Assembly (NCBI GenBank): GCA_963667175.2
Contig: CAXXXF010000006.1
Coordinates: forward strand, 576,001-640,000
From: Candidatus Latescibacterota bacterium
GTDB lineage: Bacteria; Latescibacterota; UBA2968; GCA-2709665
DNA: 64,000 nt
Reading direction: 5' to 3'
In this document: piece by piece, positions 49,178 to 59,272 of the stretch
Layout of the letters: each line of letters starts with the position of its first letter
How positions within the stretch are numbered: the first letter of the stretch is position 1
Program-made: the position numbers and the translations under genes
The notes under the pieces: model-generated
The model's database searches: none
Told to the model about the DNA's origin: nothing
The model's input: the letters and a program-made list of their open reading frames with translations, nothing else

Positions 49178-50254
49178 ATGAGAAACCTAAAAGTACTCTT
49201 CAGTCTCTTGTTTGCCATTTCGCTCGCCGCGTGCGGCGACAACGACGAAAACCCCGTGGCGCCCGACCCGGAACCGGACCCGCGGTTCGATTTCTCACCC
49301 ATTCTAAGCGACTTTGCCGATAAAACCGTAATTCCGATCTACAAGGACCTCTCCGACAAGGCTTCTGAGCTCCTCGTCGCCGTACGCAATCTCAAGGAGA
49401 ATCCATCGCCCGCCACCTTGTCGACCGCTCGGGCGGCGTGGGTGGCCTCGCGCCAGCCATGGGAACGAAGCGAGGCGTTTCTGTTCGGTCCGGTCGACTT
49501 CAAGGGATACGATCCGGCGCTGGATTCCTGGCCCGTCAACCGAGCGGACCTGGAGGCCGTGCTGTCGGGCAGCGATCCCTTGACCAAAACTTCCGTCAAT
49601 AACCTCGAGAACACACTCAAGGGATTTCATACCATTGAATTCCTGCTATATGACGTGGGCGGCAGCAAGACCGTAAGGAATTTCACTCCGCGACAATACG
49701 ACTATCTGATCGCGGCGACGGAATTGCTCGATGAAGCAGCCACTGCGATGCATACGGACTGGAGTGGATCGGGCGGCAACTTCCGCGATCAGGTCGTCAA
49801 TGCGGGCGCGGGCAGCAACACCTACACCACGCGGAAAGCAGCAATTCAGGAAATGATCAACGGTATGGTCGGCATTGCCGACGAAGTTGGAAACGGCAAG
49901 ATTGCCGACCCCTTCAACGAACAGGACACGCGCCTGGTCGAATCGCAGTTCAGCTTCAATTCTCTCCTCGATTTCCAGAACAACATCCGCGGGATCTGGC
50001 ATGTGTACACCGGCGGGTACAACGTTCAGGCAGTCGGCCTCGACTTTTTCGTCAAGACGAAAAACGCGTCTCTCGACCAGCGTCTGCAAAATGAAATCAA
50101 GACGGCCATCGAGGAAATCGGCAAGATCTCCTTCCCCTTCCGGGACGCTCTGGCCACCGATGGGGCGCAGATCACGGCTGCACAGCAGGCCATCGCCAAG
50201 GTACAGGCGACCCTTGAAGGCGACGTGTTGCCCCTCGTCAACGCAGAGCCATAG
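49178..50254 (+). CDS. Imelysin/IrpA-family lipoprotein
   Basis: Lipobox LAAC; WERSEAFLFGP, LDSWP, KGFHTIEFLL. Confidence 0.88.
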   Translation: MRNLKVLFSLLFAISLAACGDNDENPVAPDPEPDPRFDFSPILSDFADKTVIPIYKDLSDKASELLVAVRNLKENPSPATLSTARAAWVASRQPWERSEAFLFGPVDFKGYDPALDSWPVNRADLEAVLSGSDPLTKTSVNNLENTLKGFHTIEFLLYDVGGSKTVRNFTPRQYDYLIAATELLDEAATAMHTDWSGSGGNFRDQVVNAGAGSNTYTTRKAAIQEMINGMVGIADEVGNGKIADPFNEQDTRLVESQFSFNSLLDFQNNIRGIWHVYTGGYNVQAVGLDFFVKTKNASLDQRLQNEIKTAIEEIGKISFPFRDALATDGAQITAAQQAIAKVQATLEGDVLPLVNAEP

Positions 50255-50366
50255 AAGAGACCGCGAGGCTGCCGGAGAGTCGACAGGGCAGGCTGGCAAA
50301 GATGCCCTGTCGACGCGGTGTGCATGTCTCTCCACCTGTTCGAATGAAAATCAAGATCTCCAACTC

Positions 50367-51752
50367 GTGAAACTTCCCTCCAACATTCGGTGTGCCATTG
50401 TCGTCTTGCTGCTCGTTTCGGCATGTGGCAGTGAAGAGACGATTTCTCCCGTTCCCGACGAAACCAGACCCCTGTCCGGCGGGCAGGCGACGGTTTTCGA
50501 CGCATCCAGTCAGGCTTTTGAAATGCCCATCCCGACGCTTTCGGCTAACGAACTGGACAGGTTTCTTGCGGGCGACGCCACCTTCGAACAGGTCTTTGTC
50601 ACACCGCCTGCCGAAGTGAACCCGGGCGCCGGTCCCGTGTTCAGCCACACCTCGTGCGTGGGATGTCATCTGCGAGACGGGCGAGGGCGAGGCGCATTCG
50701 GCGCAGAGCCGCCCTTCGTCGGATCCATGCTTATGCGCGTCAGTCTTCCCGGATTGTCTCCGCATGGCGGCCCCGCGCCCGTTCCCGGTTTCGGCGTACA
50801 ACTCGGTGACCGCGCGAACTACGGTGTTCAGCCCGAGGCGCGGGTCCAGGTCAGCTTTTACGAAACCGTTGAAAGATTGGCCGACGGCGAAGAGGTCACC
50901 ATGAAGCATCCCGTCTTCGATATCGTTGAGCCCTATCGGCCGTTGCCCGCAGGAGTTCTGCTGTCGGCGCGTATGGCGCCGCCCGTATTCGGACGCGGAC
51001 TGCTGGAAGCGATATCCGAGTCTGACATACTCGCACTCTCGGATCCCGCGGATGCCGACGGAGACGGGATTTCCGGGCGGCCCAATTACGTGCACAATTT
51101 CCGAACCGGTCGGACGGAACTCGGGCGCTTCGGCCTGAAAGCCAACAATCCGGACATTCTGCAGCAGGTCGCAAGCGCGTACAACGAGGACATGGGGGTT
51201 ACCAGCCCGTACTTTCCCAGGGAATCCGTATGGGGTCAGCCTCAGCACGACGGCCGCGACGACGATCCGGAAATAACGCAGGAGACATTGGACGTAACGA
51301 CGTTTTATATCCAGACGCTTGCCGTACCCGCACGGCGCAACTGGGACGACCCTCAGGTCATTCGCGGAGAAATCCTCTTTGAATCGACGGGTTGCGCGGG
51401 CTGCCATACCACCACGTTCCGGACGGGGAGCCATGAAATTCCGTCACTATCCGGCCAGGTCATCCATCCCTATACCGATCTGCTGCTGCACGACATGGGC
51501 GAAGCGCTTGCGGACAATCGTCCGGACTTCGAAGCCACGGGGCGCGAGTGGAAAACGCCCGCGCTGTGGGGCCTTGGGCTCACGGAAACCGTCAACGGCT
51601 CGCCTCCGGGGTTCCTTCACGACGGCAGGGCGGCAACCCTGCTCGAAGCCATTATGTTCCACGGTGGTGAAGCGGAGCGGTCGCGTGAAGCCGTACGCAG
51701 ACTTTCCACGGAGAACCGGGAGGCGTTGCTCTCCTTCTTACGATCGCTGTAG
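50367..51752 (+). CDS. Di-heme oxidoreductase (DHOR/IrpB-like) lipoprotein
   Basis: Lipobox VSAC; CVGCH and CAGCH; YTDLLLHDMG, LHDGRA. Confidence 0.88.
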   Translation: MKLPSNIRCAIVVLLLVSACGSEETISPVPDETRPLSGGQATVFDASSQAFEMPIPTLSANELDRFLAGDATFEQVFVTPPAEVNPGAGPVFSHTSCVGCHLRDGRGRGAFGAEPPFVGSMLMRVSLPGLSPHGGPAPVPGFGVQLGDRANYGVQPEARVQVSFYETVERLADGEEVTMKHPVFDIVEPYRPLPAGVLLSARMAPPVFGRGLLEAISESDILALSDPADADGDGISGRPNYVHNFRTGRTELGRFGLKANNPDILQQVASAYNEDMGVTSPYFPRESVWGQPQHDGRDDDPEITQETLDVTTFYIQTLAVPARRNWDDPQVIRGEILFESTGCAGCHTTTFRTGSHEIPSLSGQVIHPYTDLLLHDMGEALADNRPDFEATGREWKTPALWGLGLTETVNGSPPGFLHDGRAATLLEAIMFHGGEAERSREAVRRLSTENREALLSFLRSL

Positions 51753-51876
51753 CACGCCAGACTGGCGCGATGGAAATCGGCTGGACGATGCATCCTCGGC
51801 ACCCTGCCGGACGCTATGCGCCGGGTTGATCGGAAGATTCCGATCGACTTCCACATACCCACGATGGGAGGATGAA

Positions 51877-53154
51877 ATGTGCATGCGACGTCTGTTGTCC
51901 GCCTGTTTTGTCGTCGTTGCAGCCGTACCGCTTTTTGCGCAGATGTCTATCGACCCCGATTTCGACGATAGCGGCACGGTCGACTTTAGCGATTTTGTCA
52001 TGTTCGCCCGTGCGTTCGGGACTACGGACCCCCGGTTCGATCTTGACGACAGCGGCGAAGTCGACTTCCAGGACTTTGTCCTTTTCGCGCGAGCATTCGG
52101 CGGCGCAGCCGACGTCGTCACCAACCCTATAGAGACCTTGACCGAGGTCATTGTCCGAGACCTCCCGGCCGACCCGGACAGACAGGACCTCTTCACCTAT
52201 TACAGCCTGCGGGACAGCGCCATTGTCTCACGGGCCGATTCCAATTCCACGAAGTGGGACCTCGCGTTCAAATCGACGACGGTCCTGATCAACGGCGGCA
52301 ACAGCGGGCCGGGCGAGGGCGGGGCAATCGTGCTGACGGAAACCGAATACGATGCGCTGACGATGGCGCCCGACTCGGAATACCTTGTTGACCAGGAGGG
52401 CCAACCGGCCATTGGACGCGCCTGGTACACGTATACCGGCCCGCCCAACCATCACATCCTGATCAATCCGGGCGTGGTGCTGGTTGTTCGCACGGCCGAC
52501 GGACGATACGCAAAGCTCAGATTCACGAGTTATTATGAAGGCGGCGAGGCGGTTCCTTCGTCGCCGGAGGCGCGCGGGCGCTTCCTGAATTTCACCTACA
52601 CGTTCCAGCCCGACGGCTCGCGGTCGTTTGAGGGACCGTCCCGAGAGATTATGACGCTCACCGAGGTCATGGCCCGCGACGTCGCGGCCGACACGGGAAA
52701 CGTGGGCGCCTTCACGTTCTACAGCTTGCGGGACAGCGCCATTGTCTCACGGGCTGATTCCAATTCCACGAAATGGGATCTCGCGTTCAGATCCACAACC
52801 GTGCTGACCAACAGCGGCGCCAGCGGGCCGGGAGAGGGCGGCGCGATCGTGCTGACGGCGACGGACTACGACACCCTGTCGACGGCCCCGGACGTGGAGT
52901 ATATGGTTGATCAGGAGGGTCAACCCGCGATTTCAAGAGCGTGGTATACGTACACGGGGCCTCCCAGCCACCAGATCCTGATGAATCCGGGCGTCGTGCT
53001 GGTGATTCGCACGGCGGACGGACGATACGCCAAGCTCAAGTTCACGAGTTATTATCAGGGCGGCGAGGCCGTACCTTCTTCCCTGGACTCAAGATCGCGC
53101 TTCTATCATTTCACGTATACGTTCCAACCGGACGGATCGCGCTCGTTTCGTTGA
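51877..53154 (+). CDS. Secreted protein: paired dockerin-like motifs plus two tandem HmuY domains
   Basis: DFDDSGTVDFSDF x2; twice KWDLAF...NxGxSGPGEGG...WYTY...RTADGRYAKL.F.SYY. Confidence 0.8.
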   Translation: MCMRRLLSACFVVVAAVPLFAQMSIDPDFDDSGTVDFSDFVMFARAFGTTDPRFDLDDSGEVDFQDFVLFARAFGGAADVVTNPIETLTEVIVRDLPADPDRQDLFTYYSLRDSAIVSRADSNSTKWDLAFKSTTVLINGGNSGPGEGGAIVLTETEYDALTMAPDSEYLVDQEGQPAIGRAWYTYTGPPNHHILINPGVVLVVRTADGRYAKLRFTSYYEGGEAVPSSPEARGRFLNFTYTFQPDGSRSFEGPSREIMTLTEVMARDVAADTGNVGAFTFYSLRDSAIVSRADSNSTKWDLAFRSTTVLTNSGASGPGEGGAIVLTATDYDTLSTAPDVEYMVDQEGQPAISRAWYTYTGPPSHQILMNPGVVLVIRTADGRYAKLKFTSYYQGGEAVPSSLDSRSRFYHFTYTFQPDGSRSFR

Positions 53155-53180
53155 ATGACAAGACACACAGGAGGCCCGAC

Positions 53181-53513
53181 ATGATTGCTGTTGCCAATCG
53201 CATCTACATCACTCCGGAGTACGCCGAACGGTTCGAAGATCGGTTTCGCAACCGCGCGCATCTCGTGGACGGCATGCCCGGATTCATCTCCAACAAGGTA
53301 TTGAGACCCACGAAGAGCGACCAGCCTTACGTGGTCCTGACTTTCTGGGAATCCCGGGAGGATTTCAAGAACTGGGTGAATTCGGAGGAATTCCAGAAGG
53401 GCCATGCCAGATCCGGAACGTTGCCGAAAAAAGCGTTCTCGGACTCCAGCCACCTGGAGATTCACGAGGTCTTTCTGGACACCGAACGGGAAGTCGCGGA
53501 AGCGGTTTCGTGA
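53181..53513 (+). CDS. ABM-family heme-degrading monooxygenase (IsdG/Hmo-like)
   Basis: VANRI, FEDRF, MPGF, TFWES..F..W..S..F..GH; ends the heme operon. Confidence 0.8.
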   Translation: MIAVANRIYITPEYAERFEDRFRNRAHLVDGMPGFISNKVLRPTKSDQPYVVLTFWESREDFKNWVNSEEFQKGHARSGTLPKKAFSDSSHLEIHEVFLDTEREVAEAVS

Positions 53514-53593
53514 AGAGTTACGGGCGCGAATTGAACGAAGGTCGATAGGCGACCCGTCACCCAGCGCACGCACGTGGATGATTCCTGCAAGAC

Positions 53594-53633
53594 AGACAAG
53601 GGGTTACGAGCCATGGCTCGTAACCCCTTGTCT
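53594..53633. terminator. Perfect palindrome, probable bidirectional terminator
   Basis: agacaaggggttacgagccatggctcgtaaccccttgtct. Confidence 0.75.
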
Positions 53634-53637
53634 ATTG

Positions 53638-53678
53638 TGGTCGGGGAGGCGGGATTCGAACCCGCGACCCCCTGCTCC
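53638..53678 (-). repeat. att site: duplicated 3' part of tRNA-Pro
   Basis: 41 bp identical to 55739-55779. Confidence 0.92.
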
Positions 53679-54106
53679 GTGTGCCATTGAATCGGCTGAT
53701 CGACGTAAGCTATTTCGTTATTCGGCGTATGTCCTCAAGTCAGTCGTTGCGTTCACCATTGGGATTGAACCTTATCTTGACTAATGTTGGCGTCGCTGGT
53801 CAGAATGTCGTCAGGATAATACCGATGTATCACCCCAGAACAATCCCTCCACAAAGCCCTTCGCTTCAATGCGTATATCTCCACGGGATTTCCAAACATA
53901 TCAGACTGCCGTACTGAACGCGTCGTGGGATTCCTACCCCAAATCTGTGGGCCAAAGGGAAACGCTTCCGGATTAACCACAGTAGATTACAGGGTTTGTT
54001 GACTTGGGGGCACTCGTTACCTACATTCGATCTGAATTTCCACCGAATCAATAGATCTGACTTCGAAATCGATATGGGCCTCGCTGGCTACGATTGGAGG
54101 CAGGCT

Positions 54107-54682
54107 ATGGAAATTAAGGTAACGAAATCATATCTTGACATGGCTCGCTGCTTCCAGGGCGCCGAAGTTTGTCGTGGTTCCGAAGTGGTGTCGGAGAATT
54201 CGGTATTTGATGAGGAATTCGCCAGGGTGAGTTGCGTATACATCTATAATTATTCGGCAATTACGGCATTCGTTAGTGAGCAACTATACGCGATCTGGAA
54301 GAAACCAGGCAACAGACTAAGGGAGGAATTCTCCAGTTTCGGAAATTTCAATGATCTAATGCGGTCGGAATTCCGAGACATAAAACGCGCACTAAAGAAG
54401 CTCGCACGACTAAATGACATCACACCTTTTCACGAAGCAAATCCCAAAGTATGGCAAGAATTGAATAAGTTCCTCCGAGAATACCGCAACTATTTCGCAC
54501 ATCCTGATCCCGAGAGTTTCTCAGATTTCATAAATGGAATAGGCTGTCATCAGTTGAATCTGGGGCCGAGAGTGGCGACTGAGATTATCAAGTACTTCTA
54601 CACAGCAACGGGAACACCGGTTCCTGGCTGGCTTTCAGAGCGAGGGATTTTCGTCCCAAAAATCATAATCGTCGGCACATAG
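54107..54682 (+). CDS. HEPN-like protein
   Basis: Helical protein with RNYFAH (R-X4-H); GGAG RBS. Confidence 0.6.
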   Translation: MEIKVTKSYLDMARCFQGAEVCRGSEVVSENSVFDEEFARVSCVYIYNYSAITAFVSEQLYAIWKKPGNRLREEFSSFGNFNDLMRSEFRDIKRALKKLARLNDITPFHEANPKVWQELNKFLREYRNYFAHPDPESFSDFINGIGCHQLNLGPRVATEIIKYFYTATGTPVPGWLSERGIFVPKIIIVGT

Positions 54683-54762
54683 CAAGGGCTGTTCAGGAAG
54701 ATCAGTCATATGGTTAAATTAGATAGAAGCTGTTTCTCGCAGGATTGAAGGAGTTCTAAGTC

Positions 54763-55554
54763 GTGTATCTGTCTTATTTTGATGAATCGGGTGACGACGG
54801 GAATCCAAGATCGTCACCTCTTTACGTTCAAACTGCGATTTATGTGCAACATCAGCACTGGAATGACACGTTCGAGGCCCTCTATGAATTCCGTAAACGG
54901 CTGATGAAAGACTATCGTCTGCCGGTTCGGCTCGAAATTCACGTCAAGCCGTTCTTACTCAACAAACGTCCGTATCAGCAGCTTAAGTTCAAAGAGAGAA
55001 CGAGGGTGAAGATTATCGACGAATTCTGCGAAGTTCTCGCGACTTTACCTTTGAAGACCTTGAATGTAGTGATCGACAAGGACAAAATCATCCGGCCCAC
55101 GAGCTGTGATATCCTGGAAAGAGCGATGGAGTACACAATTCAAGGGCTTGAGAACGACCTGAATAAGAATGACCCCTCGGCCAGCTTCCTGATCATCACA
55201 GACGAAGGGCGAGTTGGCAAGATGAGGCGAATCGCCAGAAAAGTGAGGCGTATGAACTACATTCCATCGCAATTTCAGCCCGGTTCGTACCTTAACGCCA
55301 GGATCACAAAGCTCATTGAGGATCCGCTACCTAAGAGTTCAGACCAATCGTACTTTATCCAGGCAAGTGACTTCATCGCCACGGTCACCTATTACTATCA
55401 ACTGCACAAATTGGGGAAATTGTCTTTTCCGAGCAGGTTTCCAAGGTCAATCGACCGGGCCAGCATCGAAGGATGGATGAATACTCTGTTGCCAATCCTC
55501 AATACACACGCATCCGATACAGATAAATTCGGTGTTGTGTGCTATCCCAAATAG
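54763..55554 (+). CDS. DUF3800 family protein
   Basis: MYLSYFDESG, EIH, ITDEG, SYFIQASDF. Confidence 0.85.
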   Translation: MYLSYFDESGDDGNPRSSPLYVQTAIYVQHQHWNDTFEALYEFRKRLMKDYRLPVRLEIHVKPFLLNKRPYQQLKFKERTRVKIIDEFCEVLATLPLKTLNVVIDKDKIIRPTSCDILERAMEYTIQGLENDLNKNDPSASFLIITDEGRVGKMRRIARKVRRMNYIPSQFQPGSYLNARITKLIEDPLPKSSDQSYFIQASDFIATVTYYYQLHKLGKLSFPSRFPRSIDRASIEGWMNTLLPILNTHASDTDKFGVVCYPK

Positions 55555-55620
55555 GAATCGCCCCCGGTTCCAACCGGGGGCGATTCTCACCACCTAGGCA
55601 CATTCGCGCTTTCAGTGGTT
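55550..55620 (-). ncRNA. Candidate DUF3800-associated antisense small RNA
   Basis: Minus-strand TTGACA-N17-TAAATT at 55655-55627; accac/gtggt stem then 15-bp hairpin 55555-55586. Confidence 0.4.
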
Positions 55621-55738
55621 CAATCAAATTTAGCGTTAATTGACGAGGATGTCAAGCCAAAAGGATGGCAATTGTGACGCTTGGCTAGACCAATAGAACA
55701 AGAGACTGCGCCAATTTGAGGTAACCCCTTGTTTTTTA

Positions 55739-55815
55739 TGGTCGGGGAGGCGGGATTCGAACCCGCGACCCCCTGCTCCCAAAGCAGGTGCTCTGCCGGA
55801 CTGAGCCACTCCCCG
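55739..55815 (-). tRNA. tRNA-Pro(TGG)
   Basis: CGGGGAG acceptor, CCTGC-TTTGGGA-GCAGG anticodon arm, GTTCGAATC, CCA end. Confidence 0.97.
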
Positions 55816-56126
55816 TCCAATCGTGCAAAGTCAGAATATCTGTTCGGAATATCCACAAAACCACTGTTTCGAGCAAGAAAAAAGGTGGATCGGACACAGG
55901 AAACTTACCTCGTTGTCCGTCATACTTTACTTGCGTTTGTCGTTGCGAATCGCATCTGCAGTCGGGTCCATTGCCTATGGCGCCAAGACACATTCGACTT
56001 GTAATTTAAGACGAGAGTGATATTCTGGATTTCAATTGTTGGACCGCGCGCCGCGGGTTATATTAGTGAGACAATTCAGCGGTTCAGGTTTATCTGCTGA
56101 AAATTAGAACCCATAGGAGACCACGC

Positions 56127-57938
56127 GTGGAAACCAAAATCCTAACTCCCCTGAAGATTTTTAGCAGTCCTGTTCGATACGAGATACCGCCGTTCCAACG
56201 CCCATATATATGGGAGCAGGAACACCAGTGGGAACCACTCTGGGAAGACGTAAGCAACATCGCACAGGCGATTATTGAGGGGGGTGAACCACCTAGACCT
56301 CATTTCATGGGCGCAGCCGTCTTCCAACCACGTCTCCATCGCAGAGGTAATATCGACTATCCCGGCGTCGTCGATGGCCAGCAACGGTTGATTACTCTGC
56401 AACTGCTGATTGATGCCGTTCAAGAGGTATTCGAACATCAGAACTACAAACAACCTGCTGGTCGTTTGTCTACGCTTGTCGAGAATCAGGAGGATTTTTG
56501 GGACGGAAATCGCGAAAACGGTTTTAAGGTTTGGCCAACCGTTCGCGACCGTGACGCCTTCCAACACGCAATGCAAAACGATCTACATAGTGATAAGTAC
56601 GAACATTCTCGGATTGTCCGAGCCCACAACTATTTCAAGTTTCAGACTGAAACGTGGTTGGACGAGTATCAGCTTGATGAAGAACGCGGTATCCAAGCGG
56701 CAGAGGCTATGGATCAAGTATTGCGCAACGAACTTGAACTTGTCGTAATCGACTTGGGTCCGCACGACGACCCTCATGTCATCTTTGAAACCCTTAACGC
56801 CCGTGGCACGCCTCTGCTTCCGTCGGATATGATCAAGAACGGAATACTACACAAAGCCGGCATTGCTACTGATGGAGACGAAGCGTCTAAGAAAGCCCGA
56901 CAACTGTGGCCCTTCGATGGGGATTGGTGGATGGATGAGATTGGGAGAGGGCATCAGCGTCGACCTCGGATAGATGTGTACGTCAACAACTGGCTTACTC
57001 TACGCAACCGCACCGAGACAAAGGCTCACGACGAATTCAGAGTTTTCACACAATACGCCGACAAACTCGAGCAACAGAAAACAACCATCCAGGAAATTGC
57101 GTCAGATCTTCGCAGGTTAGGTGAAATATATCGAAAGATTGAAGCCATTGAGGACATTCAGCGATCTGACATTAGTGCATTCCTCAACACGCGAAGAGTA
57201 TTGAACGTCGGAGTAATCACGCCTGTCCTCCTATGGCTACTCTCGTCCGACGTTCCACAACCTCAACTCGGTAAAAGCCTTAAAGCGTTGGAGAGCTTTC
57301 TTGTGCGTCGGATGGCCTGTGGATTGAGCGCCAGGGCGTACGGCAGGCTATTTGTACCTTTGATTAGCGAAATGAACAGTTCGGGACCACTAAGTGTCGA
57401 TGAAACCATTGTTGAATACTTGGAAAGGCAGAGTGCACCCGCGAATACATGGCCTAATGACCAAACCCTCTTAAATCAATTCATCAGTGCACCGCTTTAT
57501 TGGAAGTTAACTCAAGGTCGTTTAAGGCTTATTTTGGAAGGAATTGAGGATGAACTTCGTACTTCAAAGGCCGAAACCCAGTCGGTACCAAGAGGCCTTC
57601 ACATTGAGCACATTCTACCACAGGGGTGGCAGCAACACTGGCCGTTGCCACCGCAAGATCACACTGCGGACGAGGATGCGGCCATTGCTACACGTAACGA
57701 AGTAATCCACTCAATCGGCAATCTCACGCTCGTAAACGAAAAATTGAATCCCTCTATGTCCAACCATCCGTGGGAAAAGAAGCAAAAGGTCCTTTTCAAC
57801 AATAGCGTTTTGTTTCTAAATAAATCCATATTGGAGAACCCACCTCCGGTCTGGGATGAATCAGCAATAGTAGAACGGGCGAAAAACCTACATAAGGTAG
57901 CCGTGAGAGTGTGGCCTCATGCCGACGCTTTCCGTTAA
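56127..57938 (+). CDS. GmrSD-like (DUF262 + DUF1524) modification-dependent endonuclease
   Basis: IPPFQRPYIW, VDGQQR, FETLNARG, IEHILPQ, IGNLTL. Confidence 0.9.
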   Translation: METKILTPLKIFSSPVRYEIPPFQRPYIWEQEHQWEPLWEDVSNIAQAIIEGGEPPRPHFMGAAVFQPRLHRRGNIDYPGVVDGQQRLITLQLLIDAVQEVFEHQNYKQPAGRLSTLVENQEDFWDGNRENGFKVWPTVRDRDAFQHAMQNDLHSDKYEHSRIVRAHNYFKFQTETWLDEYQLDEERGIQAAEAMDQVLRNELELVVIDLGPHDDPHVIFETLNARGTPLLPSDMIKNGILHKAGIATDGDEASKKARQLWPFDGDWWMDEIGRGHQRRPRIDVYVNNWLTLRNRTETKAHDEFRVFTQYADKLEQQKTTIQEIASDLRRLGEIYRKIEAIEDIQRSDISAFLNTRRVLNVGVITPVLLWLLSSDVPQPQLGKSLKALESFLVRRMACGLSARAYGRLFVPLISEMNSSGPLSVDETIVEYLERQSAPANTWPNDQTLLNQFISAPLYWKLTQGRLRLILEGIEDELRTSKAETQSVPRGLHIEHILPQGWQQHWPLPPQDHTADEDAAIATRNEVIHSIGNLTLVNEKLNPSMSNHPWEKKQKVLFNNSVLFLNKSILENPPPVWDESAIVERAKNLHKVAVRVWPHADAFR

Positions 57939-58258
57939 ATATCAAGGACTTAAGTGAAAATCCGTTTCCCGTTGTGCAGATACGATAAGATCTAGGCGAT
58001 GATGTCTTCGAAATGTGCCGCCCATACTATAAAAATTCGAAGGATACGCAGACGCCGTTGCGAGTTCTGGCACTACTGGTTGCGGGCGATCACTCTCAAT
58101 GAATCATACATAACGCATTCTTAAGTAAGGGTAGCGTGCAGGGCGGGTTTCACTTCATATTCGTTATCTCCGTCTGTATTGACGTTGGGCTCAGAGTGTT
58201 ACTAATGATGTCTCAAGTCGGAACGTGTCAATAGAAATGAGACACCTCCCGTTGGGGT

Positions 58259-59272
58259 TTAGTGTAGCAGTTGTTGGCATTCGATGGTGTTCTGTGGTTG
58301 GTTAATCCAGACTTGGTCCGGAACGTGTGGTGGTCGAGGATGCCCCTTAACAAATCGTTCAGGGTGGTTGTGATAAGCCTGATCCAGCACGGATTGTCTG
58401 TCGGCTTGAACCTGCTGTGTGAGCCCATGGTGGACGGTGTCGGGCGTGAGTAAGCCCAGTCCACTGTGCCGGTGTTGCGTGTTGTACCAGGAAAAGAAGG
58501 TCTGTAAATAGGTGCGGGCTTCTTGCGGACCGGTGAAGCGCCCGGGGTATGAAGGCGCGTATTTGAGCGTTTTGAACTGGCTTTCGGAATACGGGTTGTC
58601 ATCGGAGACGCGGGGTCGAGCGTAGCTGGCCAGGATGTCGAGGTCCATCAGCAACTGCGAAAACGTCTTGGCTGTCATGGGTGCGCCGCGGTCCTGGTGC
58701 AGCGTCAGTTGTCGGGGTTGAATGCCCTGCTTGGTGCAGGCGTTGGTGATCAGGCGCTTGGCGTATGTGGCGCTTTCTCTTGTGGCGACCATCCAGGCCA
58801 CGACATAGCGTGAGAACAGATCCAGTACGACGTAGAGGGGATAGGTTTCCCACTTGCGGGTTCCTGGCAGCCGCGTGATATCCCATGTCCAGACCTGGTT
58901 GGGCGCATCCGCCATCAAGCGGGGCGGTTCCAGACGTGGATGACGCCGCTGGTGTCGCCGCTGGGGCACCTCTCCTGCATCGTGCAGCAGACGGTACATG
59001 GTCCGGATCGAGCAGACATACCGCCCTTCCTCGAGCAGCGCGGCGTAGACTGCCGGTGGCGCCTGGTCTACGAAGCGGTCCTCGTGCAGGATGTCCAGCA
59101 CGGTAGCGCGCTCGTTTTGGGAAAGCGCACGTGGCGACGAGGACCGGGCGCCACGAGGCCCGCGTTGGGCTGGCTGACGCGCACGGTAGACCGATGCCCG
59201 CGCCACACCCAGGGCCCGGCACGCGGAAGCCAACCCGACCTTCGGGGCCAGTTGTTCTGCCGCCCGTATCAT
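58259..59272 (-). CDS. IS3 OrfB DDE transposase
   Basis: VWTWDIT, LDLFSR, HQDRG, DNPYSESQFKTLK, YNTQHRHSGL. Confidence 0.92.
   Translation of the reverse strand: MIRAAEQLAPKVGLASACRALGVARASVYRARQPAQRGPRGARSSSPRALSQNERATVLDILHEDRFVDQAPPAVYAALLEEGRYVCSIRTMYRLLHDAGEVPQRRHQRRHPRLEPPRLMADAPNQVWTWDITRLPGTRKWETYPLYVVLDLFSRYVVAWMVATRESATYAKRLITNACTKQGIQPRQLTLHQDRGAPMTAKTFSQLLMDLDILASYARPRVSDDNPYSESQFKTLKYAPSYPGRFTGPQEARTYLQTFFSWYNTQHRHSGLGLLTPDTVHHGLTQQVQADRQSVLDQAYHNHPERFVKGHPRPPHVPDQVWINQPQNTIECQQLLH

Larger units (their letters stand above)
53638..55779. mobile_element. tRNA-Pro-integrated islet without integrase
   Basis: Bounded by 41-bp direct repeats; lower GC; two genes. Confidence 0.8.

Noticed and set aside
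53638-53678. Second tRNA gene
   Set aside because: Only the 3' 41 nt; no anticodon loop or D arm
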